A stretch of 60,437 bases of DNA from Chromera velia (Eukaryota): the NCBI GenBank assembly GCA_018398765.1, contig JAHBMJ010000015.1:1-60437 (forward strand). Reading direction: 5' to 3'. A program made the position numbers and the translations under genes. Below the pieces are notes generated by a model, which saw only the letters and a list, made by a program, of their open reading frames with translations, had not been told where the DNA came from and made no database searches. This document shows positions 24,107 through 35,227 of the stretch, one piece after another. How positions within the stretch are numbered: the first letter of the stretch is position 1; the number at the start of each line of letters is the position of its first letter.

Positions 24107-25474
24107 CCTTCCTTGCTTCTCCTTCCTTCTTTCTTAGTTGAACCCCAACAAATGAGTCAGGTTGAGAGTAAGGCAACACAAATGCCGGCTTCTTCACCAG
24201 CTAGAAGCTGAAAGAATCAATCCAGTGCGATGCCTCTGTGCCCCCCCCTCCCGGGCCTTCACTGTCCGATTTGACAATCCCCTCAGTGTTCTCTTCTCCT
24301 CTCGTTTTTGCGTGCTAGTTTCAACTCCCGTCTCCTCAACGTCCTCTTGTCTCCTCTCCAAGCTGTTGTCTTTTGTGCCTGTTCACACCTCTTCTTCGCA
24401 AAGAGAATGGAACGCTCCAGCACTGCTATGCCAAGTTACGATTCTATCACGCAGACAGACAATTCTGGACGCCAACCGATGCCAACAAAACGAATTCTTC
24501 AGTAGACCTGTGCAGAGAAGAAAGACGAAGCTTTTGCAACACTTATAGACATGACCTTCTATAAACAGATTCTGAGAGCAAAGGGCACAGATCAAAGAAG
24601 CAGTGCAGTTGATGTCGATAAAATTACGGATCAATTGTCCCAGAATGTTCCAGATGCGGCTGGCCATAGACCAGAATTCAATTAAGACTTGCGGTTGGTC
24701 ACCAACTTATGTAGCAGCTGTCTCCAAGCGTCCGTCTACATGCATAGCTTGCCGTGGCCCCCGGCCATGGTATTATCTGTTAAGGCCCTTAGCCGCACCT
24801 GTGGAAAAAAAAAAGTCGAATTACCAATAAATCGGGTTACATTTGCCTTTCGGGACCCGCGCTTTCCGGCAACTGTACAGCGCGTGCATGGCGAACATGC
24901 GTCTAACCTTGATGTATCGGTACATATATATACAAAAACACACATGGAGGGGAATTGTACGTAGATTCGATCATCTGTGTAGTTTTCAAGGAAGGCGATA
25001 AAACATACCATCTAAGTGAAGCTGTTCTGAATTGCTCCGTTGTTTGACTATGCTACCAAACTCAGTGGTAAGTTAAGACATGCCGCCTTACAGAGTTAGG
25101 AGTGAGCCGCACCACGACTGAGTACGCTTGACAAAGAGGAAAAACGGATAATTTGATCTGCAGGAACCTCTTTTTGCCCGTCTTCTTTCTCTCTGCTTGG
25201 CCCCTCTTGTCGTTCTTCAGCACCTGGTTTCTCGACTTCCTTCTACCTCCACTTGAGGATTTGGGACGCAAAATACTGTCTATATATAGTGTGTATCACT
25301 GTGGATGCTGTAGTATTCGCTTTGAAATGTTGTGGAGAGGCTCACCGCGTATGGGTCCAGCGCTTGGTAAGTTCAAGAGGAAGAGATGTGAACAGAAGCC
25401 GTTTGGGCCTGTGAATAAAGCTAGATAAGCAAGTGTATGAACAAAAGCCGTTTGGGCATGTGGATGAATGTTTA

Positions 25475-26716
25475 CTAGGGTATTCGACTATTTCAATTAC
25501 GATTAAGATTTTATAGGTAAGATCATACAAAACTTTAAGGGCTCAATATGGAGGTGCCCGCTGCCAGACCCGCCGCCGCATCTTATTGAGATACGCGGGA
25601 CGGGCGTGCCGCATGGATTTATGAAATAGTAATCGCATGTTGATTGAAACATAATTGAATACGAATCAAACAGACTGATTGATAAGAAGGAAAACATTCT
25701 TTTTCTTATCAGTCCTCTCCGTATGAATGATTTGCATCCTTCTACAGTAAGTTCTCTTTTATACTAGAGCCTGGTACCTTACAAAAACATATAATAAAAA
25801 CATAGATTATATAAACATTTTAGGCTAAAGGAACGTGGTTCACCTTAAAAAGCTTAACTCCGGTGAAATTAAGTATGATTACAGGAAAAAATAATCATAT
25901 ACCCCCCCTTTTATAGTATGTCTCTTACAACTGATTACGGACTATGAGATTATGGCATCTTTTAAAAGACCACCAATATTTTTTTTCCTTACATACCGTT
26001 ACCCATCTCCCAGAAAGCACAAGGCTTCCCGCTGTAGCTCATACAAAAGACAATAAAAATTATTAATTCTCTTCTTCTGCAGTCTTTTCAGCGCCTATTA
26101 GGGAGTCAAGCTAGGGATTCAGGGGCAAAGGGAGGGGGGAAGAGTGATGGAAGAGGAGTTGAGTTGACTATTTGGCCTCTCTTGGGACGCCGCAGAGCAA
26201 CAGCAGCCACCGCGAGCCTAGTTCTATTGCAGCCCAAAATTTGCCTTAATACTGTTGGTCTTACTGTTATTTTTTATTGGTTGCACCATATAAAAGTCGT
26301 AGGAAAAGGCTAGGGAAAAAGTAACTGTTTGTTCATGGAGGAGGATGAGCGAAAGACCCTGATGTTATTATGGATGTTGAGATTGAAGTCTGGTGATGAC
26401 ATTATCGTATCATGACGGTTTTCTTTTGTTTTTTGAAGGAGGGTCCAGGGAGGGGGGCTGTTTACCCCATTTTACTATATATTACGGATTACAAGTTTAC
26501 GAGCCCTTTCTAGATGTCGGCTGGAGACAAGACTTTCATCGCAGACTACAAGCGAACCAGTGAGCATTCTGATAAGATGTTGACTTTGTTTGAAGTAATT
26601 TAATATAATAAGTCCTAAAAAAATGGTTTTTAGTGTAGGAGTGACGTTAAATACTAATATACCTTATGTGTAACCCCTAAAATTCATCTAGTAATACTTT
26701 AAGTCGATTACCCTAG
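25475..26716. mobile_element. Non-autonomous/decayed TIR DNA transposon (1242 bp) inserted in a minisatellite
   Basis: Termini CTAGGGTATTCGACT / AGTCGATTACCCTAG form 15-bp TIRs with 1 mismatch. Flanks are GAATGTTTA (25466-25474) and GAATGTTTG (26717-26725). Minisatellite units lie on both sides, and the interior is AT-rich with no long ORF. Confidence 0.8.
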
Positions 26717-28090
26717 GAATGTTTGGGCGTGCGGGTGCATGGAGAAAGAGGGACATGGAAAGGAAGTGTGTGTAGTAACAGAATCCGCTTAGGCCTGCAG
26801 GTGGATGAATGAAGAGAGACGGAGAGAGCGAGCGTGTTTATAAGTATGTATGAGTTTGTGAATAGAAGCCGTTTGGGCGTGACGGAGAGAGCGAGTGTGT
26901 TTATGAGTATGTATGAGTTTGTGAACAGAAGCCGTTTGGGCGTGCAAATGAGATAAGGAGAACGAGTGTGTGAACAGAAGCCGCTTAGGCCCATAGATGA
27001 ATGAAGAGAGATCAATTGTGTGTCATTGAAGAAAAGCCGCTTGGGCTGCTGGTTAGGCCTGTGGATAAATGAAGAGAGATCAAGTGTATGAACAGAAACA
27101 TACAGAAGCCGCTTGGGCCTATGGATGAGTGAAAAGAGACAGGGAGAACGAGTGTGTGAATTGAAGCCGTTTGGGCATGTGGGTGAATGAAGGGAGACAA
27201 GGAGATACAAGGAAAGCAAGTGTATGAACAGAAGCCGCTTGGGCGTGTGAATGAAAAGAGACAAGGAGATACAAGGAGAGCGAGTGTGTGAACAGAAGCT
27301 GGTTCGGCGTGCGGGCGAAGAAAGAGAGACAAGGAGAACAAGTGTATAAACAGAAGCTAGGAACAGGAGTCGTTTGGGCCCGTGGACTAGCCTATAGATG
27401 AATGAAGAAGAATCAATTGTGTGTCATTGAACAAAAGCCGCTGAGGCCTATGGCTAGGCCTGTGGATGAATGAAGAGATATCAAGTGCGTGAACAGAAGC
27501 CGCTTGGGCCTGCTGATGAATTAAGAGAGACAGGGAGAGTGAGTATGTGAACAGAAGCCGTTTGGGCGTGTGGGTGAATGAAAAGAGACAAGGAGATACA
27601 AGGAGAGCAAGTGTGTGAACAGAAGCCGCTTGGGCCTCATGCAGTAAATCAATGAAGAATAATGAAGAGAGACATGGAGAGCGAGTGTGTAAACAGAAGC
27701 CGTTTGGGGCGTCACGACGGTGTGGGTGCATGAACACAGACAGGGAAAGCGAGTATCTGAACCGGTGTGAACAAGCTAGGTGAACAGGAGCCGGTTGGGC
27801 ATGCGGGTGAATGAAGAGGGACAAGGACTCGCACAAGCATGTCAGCAGAAGATATTTGAATGGATGTGTGGGTACTTGAATAAATAGAGACAGCCCGTCA
27901 CTAAGAGAGAATGAGACTCAGTGTGAAAACAGAACTTCAAGCCGTTAGGGCCTGTGGGTAAATAGAAATAAACGAAGAGAGACAGAGAGAGCGAGTGTGT
28001 GAATAAAAGCCGTTCGGGCATGTGGATGTGAGAGTGTTAATGGAAGCCGTTAACTTTGGGCATGTGGGTGAGTGATCGAAGAGAAACAGG
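26717..28090 (+). repeat. Degenerate ~58-bp minisatellite (roughly 20 units; 2 more units at ~25385-25470)
   Basis: Consensus GTGTGTGAACAGAAGCCGYTTGGGCSTGTGGRTGAATGAAGAGAGACAAGGAGAGCGA repeated in tandem with indels. Confidence 0.9.
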
Positions 28091-29354
28091 GAAAATGAAG
28101 GAGTAAGTGAGTGAGCAAGTAAGACAGTGAGTAAGTGAATTAGTGAGGAAAGCAAGAATGACTCAATGAGTCAGTGACTAAGTGTGTTAGTGAGTGAGTA
28201 AGTGAGCACAATTAACTATAGCAACTAATACCGCAAGCGTAGCAAGCATGTAGTTTGGGACTTGTATAACGTTGTGTTCAAACATTTTACAGACTAGTTC
28301 ACAGTCTCAGTCACAGCTAGATGATTTAAAAGAGTAAGTTGATAATAGAAGGCGTATATAATGTTTGGCTACCACATATGCTACTATGCTACTACTAGAA
28401 TGGCCAAAATATAAATGAAAGTAATTACAGCATGTGTGTCTGTATGTAAAAGACCTGTATATTAACTCCGTAAATAAAAAATAAAAATGTAAGTAAATTT
28501 AAGTGGGGAGTACTGTGATTTTTTTTTTTTATAAGCAAAAATAAGTTGTTAAAGATTTATCAGTAATGTATTGCTGTGGTTACAATTTCATTTTCTCTTT
28601 CATGTTTATTCACGTTAACACCATGTGTTAGCAAAGTCCTTGTACGTCATTAATTTTCTTATTAGCAAACGTATCTAATAGTAGAGCTCTTCTTATTTCT
28701 TCTTCTCAACGGTCTTGAAGCCCGTCCAGCCGTCTCCGGCCCTCTATGGCATTTACAGATACCGCGGCTACGTTTTTGTGCAGCCAACAACCGTGATTGA
28801 GGGTTTTGTCATGCACCGTATATTAATATGGGAAGGGGAACCTGTTGCATGCATGTACTACGATCATGGATGCACCTCTCGGTGCTCTCACCCTATATCT
28901 CACCCCTGGGGGCCACGGCATGTCCCGTAGGGACATTATAATACGTATAATGCCGTCTCCGCCGTCTCCGAGCACTCCCCTGCATCTCCTGCGACAAACC
29001 ACAAACCTGTCAAGCTCCCTCAAGTGATTGGAGACGAATCTCTGATACGGAGAACACCAGAAACTGAGATACACTGACTCATCACTGACTCCACGCATTT
29101 CGACTGGCTCCTCGTTGATGCCACACAACCTGGTCCCTGAAACTTCCACCGGTACGTGATGAACAAAGGCTTCATCCTCAAAACCGTCTCTCAACGTTCT
29201 GATAGTCCGCATCCAGCGTGTGTTCCTTTGGGTGCTTACAGACTGGCTGAGTCTTTTCTGGCACCCTGAACTTTGCTTGGCTGAACAAGTGTGAATCTGG
29301 GAATGCATTTTTGGGGGGAAAGCTGATATATCGGACTTACGTCTCAAGGGAAAA

Positions 29355-32300
29355 ATGGAGACGGCCTGGAGTACTGCGAGTCGTGTGTGCGGCCTTTGCG
29401 CTCTCTCTGTGGGAGTGGCGACAGTCACCTGGCTTGGAATTTCCTCGGCGAGAAAGAGAGGCTCGGCAGCAAAGAGGAAGAGGAGAAGAGAAGAGGCAGG
29501 AGCAAAGTCAAAGGGAAGCTTTTGCGCACTGGTCGGAAACACTCCTTTGGTCAAACTGGAAGAGTGAGTCAGTCATGTGTTGTGCATCTAGCTGTGCATA
29601 CATACACAAAGAGCACAGCCGTGCGCGGAAGGGGCTGGTTGCATGGATGCACACACTCCTCCCTCCCCCCTGCTCCTGTGTGGGTGTGTGGGTGGGTGTG
29701 TCGGTCTTTCGGCCTGCTTTTTCTGCCCTCTCGCATTCTGTCCGCGTGTCTGCGCACCTTCTGGCCCTGCTTGCCCTCCCTCTCACGCCCTCTCACTGTC
29801 ACCGGGTCTTGCTGTCACTCCCTTCACAAACCCATACGAGTGCCAGTGCCTCTATCTCTCCTTTCTTCCTTCCTTCCTTCCTTACCCCCCCACCTGCCCC
29901 TCCAGGGTCTCGAAGGACCTGGGGATCGAATTGTTCGGGAAGGCGGAGTTCCTCAATCCGGGGGGGTCTGTGAAGGACCGCGTGGCCGTGAAGATCATCG
30001 AGGTCGCAGAGGAACAGGGCAAACTGAAAAAGGGTGAGAGAGACAGAGGATCGTGTGTGCGTTTCTTTTGTTCGTTTTTTTGCTCCTTCCCTCGATCTTT
30101 CGTTCGTCCATTAAAGCTGGTGACAGTGAAAAACAGAAGCAATAGGAAAGGTAAAGGGGCAGAAGGGGAGCGAAAAAACCTGGTCTGTTGAAGAGACGAG
30201 AGAAGAAGAATTGGTGGGTGGGCACTGCCCATCTGAGTGCACAGAAGAGCATTTCTTAGCTGCATGGAATCTCTTTGCCGAGCTCGTCTGATTGAAAAAA
30301 AGAGTTCCCTTCATGATCCTCTTTTTCTCGATCAGTCCTCATGCGACTCCCTTCAATCTTTCTCCTCAATTTGAAACCTTTCCTTCCCTCTCCCCCCACT
30401 CCACTGCAGGAGGAACCATCTTCGAGGGCACATCAGGTCTGTCTGTCTGTCTCTCTTTGGCAGAAGGAGCGTATACGAGTAGAATTTCTGAACGCTGTAT
30501 CGCTCCAGTTGAATTGACAGCATGGAAAACGGGAAAAGACGCTGCCGTATGTCTCTGAAGGTGTGATCACGTTGCACTGGCTTGAAGGAGAGAGAAGAGG
30601 AGAGAATAAGGAAGGTGCAGGGAGTCAGACTGCAGGAAAGGAATAATTGCAGACACGTCGAGAACTGCAGGGTAGATGGATTGACCGTACTGAGAAGATC
30701 AATGGATTGATGGACATTTAGACAGACAAAAAATGCGAAGGAGTCTCAGACAGGCACACCGGCAGAAAGAAGGGAGTCACACCAACACGCAGGCAGACAA
30801 CATGGAGAGCGGGGTCTTGCGGGAATGATGCTCGTCTGTAGATCCGTCTGCTCGTCTGTCGTCTGTCCAGGCATCCCTCTGGTTGCATTCCAGACAGGCA
30901 TCTCTGGTGTGTGCGTCTGTGTCGGTCTTTGTGCATGCAGGGAGTACGGGAATCAGTCTCGCTCTGGCAGGCAACTGCAAGGGATACAAGACCGTCATTT
31001 TTGTGCCTAATGATCAGGCAAAGGAGAAGGTGGGTTGCCCTCTGTCGGTCCTCTCTATGGCCACTTCCATAACGTCGCATGGCCCCTCCTCTCCAGCCCT
31101 ACCATGCATAATTTTTCCTCCTGTTTCTCTTTTCATTTCTGCTGTCTTCCATTTCTTTTTCCTGATTTTGGCCCTTTCTTCATTTGACTATGCCTCTTCC
31201 TGCTTTTTTCTCCCTCCCTCCCTTCCTGCCGGCTTTTTTGTGGTCAGTCCTGAATTCTGCTTTCTGATCGAAGGATGCACGCCATCGGCCAACGAACATG
31301 CAAACAAACAATGGAAATGTAAACAAATCACCTTGCAGATCCAAACGCTAGAGGCTATAGGTGCAGAGGTCAGTGACGGCTTTCTTTCTCTCTTCTGTGG
31401 GTTGCTTTTGTGACTTCACTTTCCAATTTTCGTAGGTGTGCGTGCGAATGTCTCGTCGAAGCTCTCCGCTCCTTCTTCCCCCCTACCTCTCCCCATGCAG
31501 CCCTTCCGCCGCCTTCCGATCTCCCTTTCAGTGGAAAATAAGTTCTTATTGTGTCTCTCGTTCTCATTGAACTCGACGTCAAAGGCCGAAGAAGGGTCCT
31601 GAATGTTGAAATTTTTGTGGGACAGAGACGAGGAATGTCGCAGTGAGTCGACGAAAGGAGTTCTCCTCTCTTAATTCGGTCTCGTGTGCGTGCGCGCAGG
31701 TTCGTCTGTGTGACACTGTGGGGATTGTGGACGAGGAACATTTTGTGAATGCAGCGAGAAGAGAGGCGCAGCGTCTAGATCCCCGAGGTGAGCTTTGTCA
31801 CAAGAAGCAAGACTTTGCTCGAACTCATACAGACGAAAGAGATGCGCTCTGCTCTCGATGTGGAAGAAACAAACATTTCAACCTGGGAAAATTTGTGGAC
31901 GTACGTACGAGACATCCAACCGAGACTCCGTTGTCATGTATCCTTTTGGCCATGCACCCCCTCTGCAGGTGAGGGTATCGCTCTGTTCTCCAATCAATTC
32001 GAGAACCTTGCCAACTGCCTCGCTCACATAGAGGGCACAGGTGAGGTCCTTGCGTGCGTCAGGAATTTTTTAAAAAAACCTTGCCAACAGGTGCTGCGGG
32101 TTGAATGCGGTTTAGCGTCCGGCGAGAGGGCTGTCAGACTTTGCCTTTTGGGGGAAAGGGGAGAAGGAGTGAGGGGCGAGACGCTTCATATGTGTGACTT
32201 GCAGAGTGGGCGCACTTGCATGGTTTCTTTGTTGGCTGGTTATTGGTTGGTGGCTTTGTTGGAAAGAGACGGTGCGGAGAATTTATGTGTTTTCTCTTCG

Positions 32301-32875
32301 TCTCGTGTCGTCTCTTCAGACCTCTTTTTTCTCCTCGTAGCGGATTTCTTGATGCCGTGCTTCATCCCAATGCAAATGGCTGGATGAGACTGAACTGCAC
32401 CACTCATGCTTGAAGCACAATAGTACCACAGTGCAACCACTTCCATAACCAGCATGATGACTGTACCACTACTACTCTTGGAGCTTCACTGTTTCTCTAT
32501 GTCACCATCCCAAAGCATACATGCAGGGGAAGAGATCTGGGAGCAGACCGGTGGAGATGTTGACTTTTTTGTGTCAGGCGCGGGGACGGGGGGCACCATA
32601 GCTGGGGTTGCGTTGTGTCTGAAAAAGAAGAAGATGAAATCCAGCGAGCGGGTTGCGACAGTGCGCGGCGGTTGGTTCAAGAGAGTCTTTGGGGGTTGGA
32701 AGAAGAAGGAGTCGGCAGAGGGGCAGAAGAAGAAGGTGAACGACGACGTTGGTGTGATCCTCTCCGATCCTCAGGGAAGCGCTCTGGCAGGCAGGGTGCG
32801 CACAGGCACTCTATTCAACCCTTGGGACAAGGAGGGACACAGGTCGGTCAGGTGTGGATGAGAAAGTGTGAGAGA

Positions 32876-32914
<39 letters not shown>

Positions 32915-34515
32915 TGGGTGTTTGAGTCTTCGGGTGTTCGTTTGAGTGAATGAGTGAGTGAGTGAGTCAGTGAGCGAGCGAGTGAGTAAATGAATATGAG
33001 TGAGCGAATGTGGGTGACAGAATGTGAGTATGTGTTGGTGCACACCTACGCAGATATTCATGTTCATCTACCTGTCTGCCTGTCTGTCTGCTTCCTCCCT
33101 TCAGAAAAAGAATCTCCGTAGACACAATTGTCGAAGGTATCGGGTTGAATCGTCTAACTGCCAATTTTCAAGTCAGCACGTTCAGCTAGAGGCGTGCTAG
33201 GCGGAGGCTATGCTGAAAGGAATGAGGGCATCCATCCGGGGGAGGCAACGTAGATTTCTGTCGTCTGACTGGCTTTACTTGTCTTTTCGCTTGTGCATGC
33301 ACCTCTCTTCCTTGGAAGAAAATTTACATAGAGTGGGACGACGGTTTTTTCTTCCCCTGTCTTGGCATGCTTGTCGCCTATGCATTTCTGTGTTCATCTG
33401 TCTCTTAGTGGCGATTTGACCCGACTCGTACCCCCATTGCAAGGCAAAGCGCATCCATCGCTTCGTGTGATGTGAGCCTCTGTTCTCCGTTCCTGCTTTC
33501 ATCTGTCAAGGTGTACATGCGTGAATGTATATTAGTGTGGGTGCATGCATTCGTGTGTTTGCGAGAGTGCAGCTAGGACTTCCTCTGATTGACCATGCCT
33601 TCAGCGTCTCTGACAGGGAAGCCGTGGCCATCTCGCGATACTTGGTCGGTCCGTGCATTCATCTCTTCATTCTCTTCTGCCCATATACTTCCCTTCTCGT
33701 CGTCTTCGTGAAGTGCCATCTCAGGGTGGTTGAACTGACCTCATTGTGTATTCCTTCGTTCGCATATGAGAATGAGAAAGGGGAAGTGTCTCTTGAAAGC
33801 TCTTTTTCGATCTTGTCCTTTTCCCGCGAGTGGGGGCTCTATCCTTGCTCTTTTTCACCACTGCATGCGCCAGGCCTGTTTGTCCGTCTGACTGGCTGTC
33901 GGCCAGTAGAGTTCCTCAGCCAGTCCGTCAGTCAGTCAGTCAGTCAGTCAGTGAGTCAGTCAGTCAGTCAGTCAGTCAGTCAGTCAGTCTGCTTCCATCC
34001 ATTTAGGGCTTACGTTTGTTCTCCACCCACTCATTTCTTCTTTCTCGTAAAAAGACTCAAACGGTACATGCTTGCAGGTCTTGAAGGAGGGCCTCTTCCT
34101 CGGTTCCTCTGCAGCTGTGAACGTGGCTGCTGTTGTGAAGGGAGTGAAGACAGGGGTGATTCCCCCAGGGTCCAGAGTGGTGACGATTTTGTGTGACTCG
34201 GGGGTGAGGCACCTGTCCAAGCTCTACAGCGTTCCCTTTCTGCAAAGTCGGAAGGACGCTATTTGGCCGGTGCAACCTGTCTCCTCTTCATCATCTTCGT
34301 CTTCCGGAGCGCAGCCTCGAGCCAGTGTCAGTGTCGGACTGGAAACACAAAGAGAGTCGCAGTCGCAAACGGCAGTAAAGCCTGTGAGCAATGAAAAGGT
34401 GGCTGCGGTTGCACACAACAGAAAAGCAGACAAGGAGGCAAGCGACGTAGACTCCTTGCAGCATTTGTTGGAAACGCCTCTTTTTGATTTAGTGGAAGGT
34501 ACCGACAGGTGCTAG
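29355..34515 (+). CDS. cys12: Cysteine synthase-like PLP enzyme (Cys12/MCY1-type), 11 exons
   Basis: The spliced translation gives LVGNTPLVKL, GKAEFLNPGGSVKDR (PLP lysine), EGTSGSTGISLA, NQFENLAN, EIWEQT..VSGAGTGGTIAG, DTIVEGIG, EGLFLGSSAAVN and VTILCDSG. Introns are GT-AG and phase-consistent. An N-terminal hydrophobic anchor is followed by a basic stretch. Confidence 0.93.
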
Positions 34516-34527
34516 TAGCACTGAAAG

Positions 34528-34590
34528 ATCATCATCATCATACGCCGTCGCCATCAGCCAATTTCTAGGCGTCTAGCGTTTGGCGGCAAC
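34528..34590 (-). mobile_element. 3'-terminal remnant of the RTE-type LINE with (GAT)n tail
   Basis: ATCATCATCATACGCCGTCGCCATCAGCC...AGGCGTCTAGCGTTTGGC matches the RTE 3' end at 52119-52177. A more eroded copy lies at ~9233-9310. Confidence 0.8.
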
Positions 34591-34598
34591 GCACGAGG

Positions 34599-34842
34599 CT
34601 AGGCGCCGCACATAAAAAAAAAGAAAAAAAAAATAGGCGTCCTCAACCTTTTTTTTTCTTTTTTTTTTTTAGGTCAACAGTTAGGTTCACATTTTGTGTG
34701 GAAAAGTAAGTTTCAGAGTCGAAAGTGATTCTTTTCCTTTTGGAGGCACTTGAAATAAAAAAATAAAAAAAAAAGAAAAAAAATAGGCCTTCCCAACTTT
34801 TTTTTTTCTTCAAGTTTTTTTTTTTCTATGTGTAGCGCCTAG
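34599..34842. mobile_element. MITE, 244 bp, ~25-bp TIRs, 8-bp TSD
   Basis: Termini CTAGGCGCCGCACATAAAAAA ... TTTTCTATGTGTAGCGCCTAG. Perfect TSD GCACGAGG at 34591-34598 and 34843-34850. Confidence 0.88.
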
Positions 34843-35196
34843 GCACGAGGCAGTTTAGTTTTTTTTTACGACAGCATTCTACCTTTCTAATAACGCTGCT
34901 AGTGACGCTAAAAAATCATTTTAATTCTAACTTTTATTCCTAGTCACTTTTTGAAAAAAGGATCGGTTACAGCGTCTCGTGCAGCGTGCTAGAGTCTTAC
35001 GCGGTTTCATAAATCATATTTGAGCTTTAATATGGCCAGAATGAACTGAATTATACAATGAATTGAACATATCAATCAATCAATCAATCAATCAATTAAT
35101 TGACTGTTTTTACGCTCTGGCTTTACCTAGCTAGTTTCAGAGCTATACTATAGTAGCTCTTATTTGAAGCTCAACTATATAGAAGTTTAGCTGACA

Positions 35197-35227
<31 letters not shown>

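Noticed and set aside
26717..28090. CRISPR-like array (conserved core with variable intervening DNA)
   Set aside because: The intervening segments are homologous to each other and irregular in length, there are no cas genes, and the context is eukaryotic. It is a minisatellite.
28695..29215. Small minus-strand multi-exon gene divergent from cysteine synthase
   Set aside because: Coding-like patches exist (e.g. ...AGDGWTGFKTVEKKK*), but I could not build a consistent splice model or recognise a family.
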